Positions 49,637-62,454 of a stretch of 64,000 bases of DNA are shown piece by piece. The DNA lies in NCBI GenBank assembly GCA_030264375.1, contig JASCQW010000162.1:94311352-94375351 (forward strand), written 5' to 3'. Within the stretch, counting starts at the first letter, position 1. Each line of letters opens with the position of its first letter. The position numbers and the translations under genes were made by a program. The notes under the pieces are model-generated. The model was not told the origin of the DNA and searched no databases. It worked only from the letters and a program-made list of their open reading frames with translations. This DNA is from Carcharhinus longimanus (lineage: Eukaryota).

Positions 49637-51211
49637 GTTAGCATCTTTAAGTTTTTATGCCAGATGAGAGTTGGTAAGTTAGAGAAATAATGCATGAAAG
49701 TGCACAGTTATTAGTGAGATTTCTTAATATCTGCCATAATTGTGGCATTTTTCATTGATTTATTTACAGTTTGCACTATGTTTAACTGTAAATATATCAG
49801 TAGAGCACATTACAAGAAATGTTGATTTTAAATATCAGTAAAAATACAAATTAACACCTTTAAGAACGTACGTCTTTATTTATAATACGCAAACATTGCA
49901 ATGCTTTTAGCCCTCGGACGACAAGGAAATTCTTGTATCTTTGTGCTGGGCATTTTTGTAAGTTTTCAGCTTAATCACAAAATGGATGTTGCTGAATAAA
50001 ACATTAATAATACAGCAATAAAGCTACTCACATATCAGAAATGGCTTCAGTGCTGTTACATTAAGGCTAAAACTGAAAAGTACCATTTCATGATATTAAA
50101 AATCTTGCATGCGGCACATACTTCATGTGAATTTAGCAATATCTATCACACTTTTTGTGCCCTCACACTTTCTCCCTCTACTTTTCTGACTCACTGTGAA
50201 CAATGCCTTGGGAGTCTGTTAGTGTTATTAATAATACAATATAAACACTTCAGATTTGGTTGCTCTGAGCCATTTGCTTTCAATCCTCCCCATCCTTTTG
50301 CATTTNNNNNNNNNNNNNNNNNNNNNNNNNNNNNNNNNNNNNNNNNNNNNNNNNNNNNNNNNNNNNNNNNNNNNNNNNNNNNNNNNNNNNNNNNNNNNNN
50401 NNNNNTTCAATCCTCCCCATGCTTTTTCATTTCAAATTTTAGCTTTAGTCTCTTTTGTTGAATTTATACTTCTCTATGACAAAAACAAAAAGGGAAACCG
50501 ATAGATGTAAACTCATTGTTAGCATGCAGGAAAAAGTACACGCAGGGGAGAACTTTGATATTTTAAAATATAACATATCACAGGGGACCCCATGATGTAT
50601 TAAATCTTAAAATATCAAATGCTGAAAAACAATTTTACAAGATACTTCAAGAATACGCACTGTTTCATACAATTTCAAATAGCATTAAATCATTTATGGG
50701 AACATTTTTGAATTCAGTACCATTAAAGAATTCTCCCTACGTAGTCAGTCCAGGATATGAAGTGGCCTGAATTTGCTTTAATTTATTCCAGGCTTGTCTC
50801 AATTTGAACCATTTTAAGGTCGTATATATTTGACTCCTCTAAAAAAAACCGAAAGTCACAACTCAGAGGAGAGAAGGGAAGATGGGAGGGAGAGAAAATT
50901 ATTTTAGAAAGATTTTTTTTCTCTAAGGATGCAATCATGAGCTTAAATACAGAGGTTATAGTGACACATGCATGGAGACAAATGCTGGGAACTGTTTTGT
51001 AATTTGCAGCATATTAAGTGAATCATACAACCATTGTGTAGGAGGCAAACTTGAATTTATTTTAACAGCTCCAGAATAAATGTAGGATTTTTGCACAATC
51101 CCAAACATATGAGTGCATCTGTAATTCAAATTTGTGGATACTTCATCAATTTTTTTGAAACTTTACGAACCTAAATACATTTCAATACTTGTTCTGTAAG
51201 TTAAAACAAGA

Positions 51212-51562
51212 TCATGGAATCCCTACAGTGCAGCAGAGGACATTTGGCCTATCAAGTCAGCACTGAATCTGACAGAGTATCTTACCCAGACCTCGAGGTC
51301 TCCCATCTTTTCCCTGTAACCCCAGACATTAATCATGGATAAGCTATCTTAGTGTCCACCTTGGGACACTAAAGGGCTATTTAGCATGGCTGATCCACTT
51401 AACCTGCACATCTTTGGACCGTGGGAGTAAACCAGATTACCCAGAGGAAACCTACATAGACATGGGGAGAATGTGCAAACTCCACACAGTCATCCAAGGC
51501 CGAAATTGAAGTCAGGTACTGGAGCTGTGAGGCAGCAGTGCTGAACACTGTGCCATTGTGCC
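51212..51562 (-). mobile_element. HE1/V-SINE-type SINE
   Basis: Full head, V-domain and tail on the minus strand. Confidence 0.8.
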
Positions 51563-53569
51563 TTTTTTTAAACACAGTTATCTTTGATATGTTGCTTTGT
51601 TAGTTTTACTTACTTTAGGCATTTATCCCTACGAAGCTGTCATTTCCTAGTTACTCATAGAAAAACAACAAAGTTAAATCAGAGGAGAACCAGAGTCCTA
51701 AGACCCGGGTTTTGACAATTTTGTGGACAATTCATGACAATCATTTCTCTATCAAGTGGCACATATCATCCAGGCTATGCATGACAATATTTGATTGGGT
51801 GGCATTAGCAGGCTGACTTCCATAGGAAGCTCCTGCAAAGGCCTCATACAGCGCACATAACCACAACATATTGACAGAATGGTGACAATCCAATTGATAG
51901 CACCCTGCACCTTTCTCTGAAAATTTTGCTCGTTTGCTTTCCATGTGGCTTCTACCCATGACAGCCATCCTTTGAACATATTCTGACTTGCTGCAGCTGC
52001 GGAGCTTTACTGTCGGAGTTAGCAGTTTGCGTAGGTTCAGAGATGACACACGAAAAGAACATTAGGTGACTTTGGTGGGATTAATATCTAAAATTCCTCC
52101 AGTTAATTAGCTACTAATGACCACGTTCTGACAAAAGGAGGGAGATATGGTTGATGCTGACAGCAGCCTGGCCAGTACCTCGAGCTGTTCTGACCTTCAT
52201 CATTGGAAGGCAGCAAGTTTAAATCTCAGGGATGTCTGTCACAGTTTTAGTTGTTTGTGTCAGGCATCAGGTGGATCAATAGTCCAATTCAAAGGCAATA
52301 TATTAATCTCTCCCATTCTCTTAATAATCTACATAAAAAGCAGTAATATTCATTTTAAATATGTAGGAATGGGTGTGCATTTTTACTAATGGTAAGTGCT
52401 ATCTATTGGGGTAAATTTTCCCATCTTGTACTCTCAGCAGGGAGCCAAGCTCAAAAGACTATCAGAAATAGCTTTACAGTTCTGCATTGCTGATTTCTTT
52501 TGACCGTGCTTCCTTTCAACACACATTTCCACTGGAAATGTAGGTTCATGAATTTATCCCTAACTACTCCTTTTAGGCTCCCTTTCTCATGAGATGCCAA
52601 GCAAAAGCATCCTGTTTATTAATCCCATCAAGCACATCTATGTACAGTATCCACTGCTGCAATAATGGACTTGGACTCACCTAATTCTTTCACTTTTAAA
52701 ATGGTGTGATACAGGTTGCATTTCCACAAGGAATAATTTTAATGACAAATTAGTATGAATCATACAAATGATACAGAGGATATGTTCAGCTGCAGAATAT
52801 TAAGCATCTCAACTAAAACAAGCTGTTACCAATTAGTTTCAGATTCAAGTGGTGCCCTTAGCATCTTCTCCTCAATAAATTGAAAGATTTTTCTTAGAAA
52901 TTAAGATGAAAGTATTTGGTCAGTCATTAGATATTTCTTTTTTGTAACAAAAATAACTTTACAGTGATTTTTATTTCAACTGCTACCTTTGCACTGCTTA
53001 AATATCTACTACAACTATAGTCAAAGCTGTAACTCATCTAATTGTTTATTCAATAACAGGAGGCAAGTAAATAATGAATTCATTTAAACAAATTAATACA
53101 ATCTATAACACTGTGTATTTTGGCGCACGGCTTGTGCATTCTTGCTAACAAGAAAATCTATGGAAATCAGCTTCACTTTTTGTATGGTTCCCAAAGATTA
53201 GCCTAATGGAAACATGCAACAAAGAACAGTTCATTGAATCATTCCTGAAATAGTAACAGTAGGTCTTTCATCTAACAATATTTCAGGCAGCATTTTGAGT
53301 TATGCCTTCAGGAAGACAGAAAATCACTTCACATTCACAGAGAGATAAAGGCCACTAGCTAACAACTTTAAGAGTGATTTTAGAGTAAGGCTGTTATTTT
53401 TATCTGGTCAAATATAAATAAGCAGGTCTGTGGATAATTTATGATGAAGAAACCTACTTTTGGAATACTGAAACAACTCCTTTTTTGGTCAACATGCATA
53501 CAGTCTTTAGAAGCTGAGTTTAAATAGGCAAGCCTTCTTGTTGTGCAACTCACATCCACAGGACTGTGA

Positions 53570-53890
53570 TCATAGAATCACTATAATGCAGAAGGAGGCC
53601 ATTCGGCCCAATGAGCCTATACTGATAAAATCCCACTGAGGGCCCTATTCTTGTAACCCAATGCACTTACCTTACTAGTCCCCTGACACTAAGGGGCAAC
53701 TTAGCATGGCCAATCCACTTCACTTGCATATCTTTGGACTTTGGGAGGAAACCGGAGCACCCAGATGTAACACATGCAGACTTCGCAAATGTGCAAATGC
53801 CACACAAACAGTCACCCAAGGCCAGAATTGAACCTGGATTCCTGGCGCTGTGTGAGGAGGCAGTGTTAAGCACTGTGCCACCGTGCCATG
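53570..53890 (-). mobile_element. HE1/V-SINE-type SINE
   Basis: Full head, V-domain and tail on the minus strand. Confidence 0.8.
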
Positions 53891-54074
53891 GTAAGATGTA
53901 AAATCGAATGCAATCAATCATCAATCTAGGTTAAAGTGGGCCAGGATAATGCAAACAATCAATCACTGGTACCTTACAATATCACCTTGAAACATACTCA
54001 TCATATTCAAAAATGGTTATTTGTTTTCCAGTGGCCATTCACAACCTCACACAATCAGGAAAACATTACAAGTA

Positions 54075-55110
54075 TATAGATTATACTGTACAGACACAGG
54101 CCATTAACCCAGCCACTCCATACCAGTGTTTGCACTGCACCTGAGCCTCCTCCTGTTTATCCCCATCTAACTCTTCTAGCCTTGCCTTAAATGCATCTAA
54201 ATCATTCAGGTCAACCATTCCCTGTGGTAGCAGGTTCCACAGTCTCACCACTTTCTGGGTAAAGAGGTTTCTTGTGAATTCCCAGTTTCATTTCTTGGTG
54301 ATTATCTTATGTCGATAACTGTAAGTCTTACTTCCCTCTACAAATGGGAACATCCTCCCTGTGTCTACTCTATCAAAATCTTTCATAATTTTGAGATGTC
54401 TATTAGGTCACCACTCATCCTGTTCTTTACAAACGAAAACCTGTTCATCCTCTCCATATGAAAACCTGTTCATCCTCTCTGCCTATTTTCTGATATCCTA
54501 CTGGTAAATCTTTTTGTAGCCTCTTCAGTGCCTTTGTATCTTTTTTTATATAATAAACAAGCAGAATTTTGCACCATTCTCCAGGTGCTCTCCAACCAAT
54601 ATTCCATACAGGGGTTTAGCATCATTTCTTTACTTTTCCACTCTTCCTCTAGGAATAAACCCAAGTGTAAGATTTACTTTTAATGGCCTTGGTAACCTTT
54701 GTCATTACTTTTATTTGTGCTCCTAGATCCCTTTGCTCCTCTACCCCATTTAGATTCTATGGACGGGATTCTCTGGTCTTGTCCTTGGTGGGGCCCATTG
54801 CTGGTGAGAACGGAGAATTTGGTGTTCCAGTCAAAGCTCTATTCACTTTCAGCAGCATCGGAAAATCTCAGCCACGAACAAGGATGGAGATTTCAGCAAC
54901 CTCCTTACTTTTATTACCAACATATAATACATTATGTTTATCTATATTGAAATTAATTTGCCAATTGTATGCCAGTTCTGCAAGTTTGTTCATATCTTTT
55001 TGTAATTTGCTGTTCCTCAGTACTGAGTATGTTCCCCAATTTGGTGTCATCTACAAATTGAAATATTCTATTTTTGATTCCAAACTCTAGTCATTGATAT
55101 AAATTGTAAT
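54075..55110 (-). mobile_element. Decayed CR1 LINE 3' region (small MITE at ~54761-54898)
   Basis: ..KLQKDMNKLAELAYNWQINFNIDK..; CR1 3' UTR-like sequence at 54075-54420. Confidence 0.75.
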
Positions 55111-55974
55111 TTATATCAAAACATTGACAAACCTGGCTGCACTAAGATTGGGGCGCCATCTATACAGGGTGCCCAAACATAATAGGAATAAACCTCCACC
55201 CCACAGCTCACCATGGATGTCTCAGAGGCNNNNNNNNNNNNNNNNNNNNNNNNNNNNNNNNNNNNNNNNNNNNNNNNNNNNNNNNNNNNNNNNNNNNNNN
55301 NNNNNNNNNNNNNNNNNNNNNNNNNNNNNNNNNNNNNNNNNNNNNNNNNNNNNNNNNNNNNNNNNNNNNNNNNNNNNNNNNNNNNNNNNCCCTCATCAGC
55401 CATCACATGTTCCCCCACTCACTCCCAGACAACAACCAAATCTGAATGAATCCCCCTGCTCCTCTCCATGAGGCTTCCATTGGGGACCGCCTCATGGCAC
55501 AGATTGGCACTGCTGGGTTGACATGGGCATGATGTCAACCTAGGCCAAGGGGCTGTGCTAGAGCATAATGTTAGGCCAGTTTCTGGCCATGTCCCTCTCC
55601 CCCAGGGGCTGTATATACAGTTATGCTCCTGAAGAGAACCCCAAGACAGGTCCATATCGAGGTGACTCTGTTGTGAATGGCACTGGTGTGATGTCATACC
55701 AGCATCTGCTGAATATCCGGTGAGGGGGGCAAGTCCTGGAGAGAGTCCTCACTAATGACATGCTAGTGAGGGCCCTGTGTCGTGTTTGACGTTATTCTGC
55801 CGGCAAGGGAACTAGAAGATCGGAACTTGGAAATTTGCCAATGCGAATCATGCTTTTCAAGTGTTTCCAAATTTTGAGCACGGCCGTCATTCCCACAGAT
55901 AGAGAGCGTGGGCTCAAAATCACCCCCATTGTTTCATATTTCTACCATTTCTTTATCCCTCAGTTTCTATATTG

Positions 55975-56410
55975 TGCATTAGCCACAGCTGAGTTGGCAG
56001 CACTCCTGCATCTGAGTCAGATGGCTTGGGATCACGAGCCTGTCCAGGACACGAGTGCAATAAACCATGGCTAACATTTCAAATGTGGAATGAAGGGAAT
56101 GCTGCACAGTCAGAGATGTTGTCTATTCGACAAGATGTTAAACTAAGTTCCTCTCAGGTGAAATAAAAGATCCTGTGACACTATCTTCTGGAGCAGGCGA
56201 ATTCTTCCTCGTGTCCTGGACAATCTTTATCCCTAATCAATATCATAGAAACAGATTATTTAGTCAGTTACACATTGTGTTTGTGGGAGCTTGCTGGGAT
56301 CAAATAAGCTGCTGCATCTCCTACATCACAATAGTGACAACTTTTCCAAAGTACTCCACTGACCCTAAAGTATTTTGAGACATCTGGTGGTCATAATTGG
56401 TGTTATATAA
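55975..56410 (+). mobile_element. Deu-type SINE
   Basis: TCTGAGTCAGA head, CTCTCAGGTG..AAAGATCC, GTGTCCTGGACAAT and ACAGATTATTTAGTCA. Confidence 0.65.
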
Positions 56411-59400
56411 GCAAAAATGTTTATTCCCCCATCTCTTTTATCGTGTTTATATTACCTTGTTTTTCATCGAATAACCCTATTCTCATCATGATTTTCGCTT
56501 CTTCATTTATGTGCCTGTAAAATATTTTACTATTCTGCTTTATGTTCCTTGATAATTTAATTTCATAGTCCTTCCTTGTCCTTTTTTTGATGCCTCCTCT
56601 AATCTCTTCATATTAGCATTTATAATGCTTTCCCCTGCTGTTCATTTACTTGGGGTGTGATCTTACCAGAATGTGGCAGAATATTGATTCTGGCGAAAAG
56701 AATGGCATGCCTCATCCAGCTGGGTGTATTTCACTCTGTCAGTCAGGGGAATGGGGCCTCAACACGCCAGCAAAGACCAGCTGCACTGAGATCAGGATAT
56801 CATGTTTAAAGAACACATACACAAGTACATGAATGATCCTCTCCCCAGCCTGTCACTGCGGCCTCAGGGCCAACCTGACCCCTGACCCCTGACCCTTGAC
56901 CCTTGACACCTGAGCCCCAATCTGAGTTGGCACTCACTCTCCCCCCCATAACCACTCCCCTCCCCTTTGTCCCCCCCCCGCTCCTGATCAGAGCCGGCAC
57001 AAAGTCACCCTATCCCTTCACCCTATCAGAGTTGGTATTCCGCCTCTCTTTATCCCCATCTCTTAATTCTGGTCCTGTTTTCACAACTGAAATATTAAAA
57101 TATCCTTTCTGAGTGTGTTTTGTCTATTGCACATCAGAGTCAATCCTGATTCCTTTGTTCATTGGTGACTGACCAGACTTACCTGAGATAAACACTTGGA
57201 TGGAATCTTCCAGTCCCTCCCACTGTTGGGATTATCCAGTCCCATCAGGGTCAATAGACTTTTGAATGGCTTACCGCACTTGACCATCCTGCCCCACTGT
57301 AGTGGGGTCATAAAATTCCACCCGACCTTTCTCAGGTAAGTTTAGTTTTTGAAAGGTACTTGGTCTCTTCCTCTTTCTGACCAGCAGCCACAATGCATTT
57401 CCTGAGGCCTCACTCATGATTTGATAAGGAACTGAATTTTCACTGGATTTTGTATGTAGGATTTTGTATGTGAGTTTCTCAAAAAAAATTTCCTTTAAAA
57501 AATGTGGTTATTTTCAGGATTGGTTAAATTTGTTGCTTTATGTCAATATGTTTATCCACAAATCTGAATACAATAAACAAGCAGTACTAGTTCAGAACAA
57601 CTGGACACTGTTCTGTTGTGTAGTCATGGTTTGGAGGGAGGCTTCAGGGATTGTCTGTCCTCCCAAAGTATACTGTTTGAGTCTCTAGTTTCTCAAAACC
57701 ATTACCCATTTATTTCCAGTAAGTAGTTACCACATTTGGGCCTCTAAATAAGGTTCTCATTCCTGATCTCTCTTACTTGACAGGCGTATGATCTGACACC
57801 ATTATTACATCAGAATATATATGTTAACTCTTTATTCTGAAGATATTGTAAGTTGCAATAATGGAGTGGAATTAATATATAAGTGCAAGGTTGGGCACAA
57901 AACATCTTTGATGTTCTGAGGGCTAACCCTAAGGTTTCAATTCATGTTCCTGATTAACAGAATTCATTAATCTACCAGTGAACACAGAATTAGCGAGAGA
58001 TAAAAGTGAATGTGGAGCATAGAATTCCAACTTTCGTGTTGAAAGAAACAGACCAAAGAACTTGTGTTTAAAAAGTTATGGCAAGAAACAATGATGTGTG
58101 TAGATCAATTAAAAATGTTTGGATTTAATCAAGAATCATTTTGAAGAATGTACATAAAGCACACAAAATCAGGTTATCAGTTTTTTAATTGATTAATTGT
58201 TTTTTGCTCCTTTTTATATATGATCTGATATTTGTGGAATCGTGAAGGTGTTAGGGGTAATCAAAAATTACTCAAGATTCGGAAAACTGAGAGCTTCCCC
58301 TCCCCCCATCCCCTGCACCTTCCCTTCCTCACCTTTAACAAATTCCATTTTAAACAGAAAACATCTTCTTTTTCAATTTTTTCCTCTGTTTCTGGTGAAT
58401 ATAGCCCTACAGCAGGAACCTGAATTAATTTAACATAAGTTGGCAATCACCCCCAGGGAGGTAACAATTTGGTTGGAAGTGGGATAAAAACCATTTGTTC
58501 CTGCAAGAGGTTGGTGTGAAATAGGCTATAAGGCCCAGACTTCCAACCCCTTGTCGAGTTTGCTATGTCAGGTGATTTCCCAGCTCAGTGAACCTGATGT
58601 TTAAAAGCGTCCCCCTGCAGGTCAGATATTTGGTGGTGGGATAGGGACTGAAACAGATGGCAGGAAAGGCAACCCCGGCACAAAAACATAGGCTGCTGGG
58701 CGTGTTTAAATAAATAGATCTGAATAAAACAAAAACATTTCTTCAGTCCTCATCCCCCTCACACCCTATACATTCCTGATAACAACTTACGCCAATCCAT
58801 GCCCCCCACGCACTTCGTCCATGTTCGTTGAACTGTTCCTTGACACCTTTGAATCTTTCTGGATACGTATGACAGTTTTAACACTTCCTTGAGAGATATG
58901 CCAGCTTTAAAACTTTCTGGACAACTTTGACAGGTTTGACAGTTGGAAAATTATTTAAGAGCTGGACAGTTCCATGACAGCTAGACAACCCTGTAACTGT
59001 TCCTTGAGAGCTGGACAGTTCTTTGCCAGGTTGAAAGTTTGAATGAATATTTTGTGCATAAAATGTGATATCTAAATGCACTCCCTAAGTTCAGACCTCC
59101 TCTTACCTGTTCTAATCTGTACACTCCAGATTCCTCACTCCTGTTCTGCCAAAATCCCCATTCAGAAGCAACAGCTGCCTTTACAAATTGCATATGCGCA
59201 AACCCTTGTCCAACTCTAGTCCAACCCGCTGAAACGATGGGAAATGCTGGGTTTGAGGGTGGAGCTTAGAAATTTCAGCCATTTCTGGATGAGCCTCTCC
59301 ATCTTGATGTAAATCCAGACTTAAAATGGTTTTACTTTACTGGTTGTCCATTAATGTCTGACCTTATTGTGTTTGACACTGATACTAAATGCCACAATTT

Positions 59401-59730
59401 TTTAAAAGTGTTAGCCCAGACCTGAAGCCATAAGATTTAATTCACTATATGGTCAAACAGACCAAGTTTATATATGTGTGAAATGTTCTATTTCCTATCA
59501 TTAATACTCAACACCTCTGTGCGCACAAAATTTACCAAACAGAAAAGGTAAATAAAAGTCCCTATAGAAAATCACTGAAGACTCATACTTTAGTTAAAAC
59601 AATTTTGAATGGTGTATAACTGAAGTATGGTATTTGTATTTCCATAAAAGGCAAGTTACAAACTACATTGAATAATTATTTATTGCAAGTGATAATGGTG
59701 CTTCAGCTGTCTGTTATTTATATGACAAAG

Positions 59731-59865
59731 GAAAATTTCCTCCCATCCGCTGGAAGACGAATACATCACAGATACCCTTGCTTGCCCAATTTTACTTGTG
59801 TGAGGTCTGGAGATGGCCAACACAGATGTTTATCATAGTTCAAATTGGAAGGTGTTTTCTTTTAG
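59731..59865 (+). pseudogene. PROK2: Prokineticin (PROK2/Bv8-like) pseudogene, terminal exon
   Basis: Reads (ENF)LPSAGRRIHHRYPCLPNFTCVRSGDGQHRCLS*FKLEGVFF*, versus VPFxGRRxHHTCPCLPxLxCxRxxxxRFxCL...; AATAAA at 59913-59918. The paralog label is tentative. Confidence 0.85.
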
Positions 59866-62454
59866 CAGAAATAATCTGGTTTAATCAAATGTGCATTAAC
59901 CAGCCTACTTTCAATAAATAATATATTTAAATAGTTGTACACATTTGTGAAATAACATTCAAGCTTAAGTAAAGGCATAACTTGTGCGTGAATATTTTAT
60001 GCATTTGTCCATCATCTTTTGGGAGTGTCTCTGAATGGATTTTGCTATTCAAAATTTCTGTTCAGGATGGGAGGAATTCTTCCTTTGCCACATAAAAGGC
60101 AAAGTGAAACTTGAAGAAAAACTTTTTTTGGGATTTTTCTGGGGAAAGAGGACATCCACCATACACAATGAAGGAATTAGCTGACCATGACCGTTGAGTA
60201 CCACCAAGATCTGTCGCTGCTACTTTAATTTAAATAATTAAAAGGAATGCATACATTCATGTTTGACTAGGCAGTAAATCGAAGAAAATCTTTTGGAGTT
60301 AGTGACAGTTAAAGATCGTCTGAAAGAATTTCCACTCTCATACGTCAATAATATCAGTGCAACTTTCACAAATTCAGCCATGTCAGCGGAAACCATCAGC
60401 TAATTTTAAACTTAAATGAGTTACAGCCAAAACCACTTATACTTTTCTTTCCTCAAGCTTTTATGCCAGTTTAAGATTCAATATTGTCAGATCAAGGCGT
60501 GCACACAGAATTGACTTGTACTCCCAAGTGACCATTCAAGCAGGTCCTTCAAATTTCCTTATTTTCCTAGACCCACGGGTTCAATTGGGCATATGGTCAA
60601 AGTTTTTCCTGACCACAAAATACCAAATTTATATTCAGAAACTGATGAGCTCTCAGTGTTACATCTTTTTCACTGATCTTAAATCAAGTTACTTAAATCA
60701 AGTGGAGAAACAGACATTCTTATTAAAAATGCTTATTCTTTACGATTCGCCAATTTAAGAATAAAACTGGACCAAGTTGCAACCTTTAAATGCATTACTA
60801 AGTATGTTGTTAATAGAAGTAAAATGAAATAAATGATTATGTTCTATTTCACTGCCTGATTACTCATGGAAGATTTTACAGTTGAGATTTTGTAAATGAT
60901 TTTTTACCAGAAATTCACACCGTAATTTAATCAAAGCAATTCCGAGTGCATTTTGGGAGCAATTTCCTAAATATGCCTGATGTGAAAACTATCCCCATCA
61001 AGAATCACTTCCCTTGAGAGATGGAAGGGCAGCATCCCTTAACTTCCAGTAGTAGGTTTCACTGGAAGAGGTCCCGAGAGCAGTGAAGCCTACTTGGTGA
61101 TGAAAAGCAAACGCAAGGACAGCAGAAAATCATGTTCAATAGCAGGAGAAGGAATTAATACTACTTCACCTTTTGAAGATAATATTCCATGCTAATGAGT
61201 GATCCGTGCGCAGAAACAAGGACCAAGATTTGGCATCCGTTCATGCAGCAGGATTCTCTGGTCCCACTGGCAGCACACTCCCTGCCCACGAGTTTCCTGT
61301 CGCTGTAGGTGAAGTCAATGGGAATTTTCATTGACAGCGGCGGGACTAGAGAATCCCACTGCTAGCAAACAACTCTCCATCTCCTACCAACTCATGGCTG
61401 GGAGGCCAGAGAATCTCGCCCAAATTGTTTGTCTGTTTTGACTTCCCAAATGCCTTTCTTAAAATATCAGCCATGTGCCTTTACTTCTGAATATAACTTA
61501 TACAGAACTTATATTCTATAATTTCCTTTCTTTTGTAATTTTGGTCCAGTTCCTTCTGGTGTTTTATGACCTATTTTCTCGCTTGGATTAAAATATGTTG
61601 TGGCATCATTCTAGCAGATCATCAAAGTATCAGAGATGAAACAACTGTTCTGGTCAGATTCAATTTGAGAACCTTTCTTAGTACATTCAAAGGATATGCA
61701 CCATAGTCACATGACACAAAGCCAAACATAATGATAAAGCCACCACTAAGGTGGCTGATGGTTTTCAAGTTCTTTGCAACTAATGCTATTGTATGAGCAA
61801 TTATTACCAGTTGAAAGTTAAAGATTGGTCAAATTGGAAGTTGCATGAAATCTTGATAAATTATTATAACATTTCAGTAGGAAATCTAACAACTATATTA
61901 AGAATAGCACACTAATTTACTGTAACAACTGCCAGCAAAGCAGCTTACACGCAACTTAATAGCAAAGCTTGCTTGCACTACTGAATAATTCACATTCCAA
62001 ATCTCATAGCTTTTGGAAATCCAGATTAATGTGCAACACAAAGTAATTATGTTATGTTTTTGTTTTGTGGCTGAAAAGATTTTTAGGTTGAGAAGATTTT
62101 TATATCTTAAATCCCACAGAAACATGGAAAATATCAGCAGGAGGAAGCCGTTCAGCCCTTTGAGCCTGCTCTGCTATTCATTTTGATCATGGCTGATCAT
62201 CAAATTCAATATCCTGATCCCATCTTCCCCCAATATCCCTTGATCCCTTTAGCTAGGAACAATCATATCTATCTTCTCCTTGGAATTACAGATGTTATAC
62301 TATGGCTCTTGTTCTATATATTGCTGGGCCGAGGGTAGAATTTCAGTACTCATACAAAGCCCACAGTCCCTTGACAGATGAAAGTGCAATCAAAAAGAGT
62401 AAAATATACTAAACCACCTTATTGGTGTTGAAACCCCTTTCTCATCCTATCATT

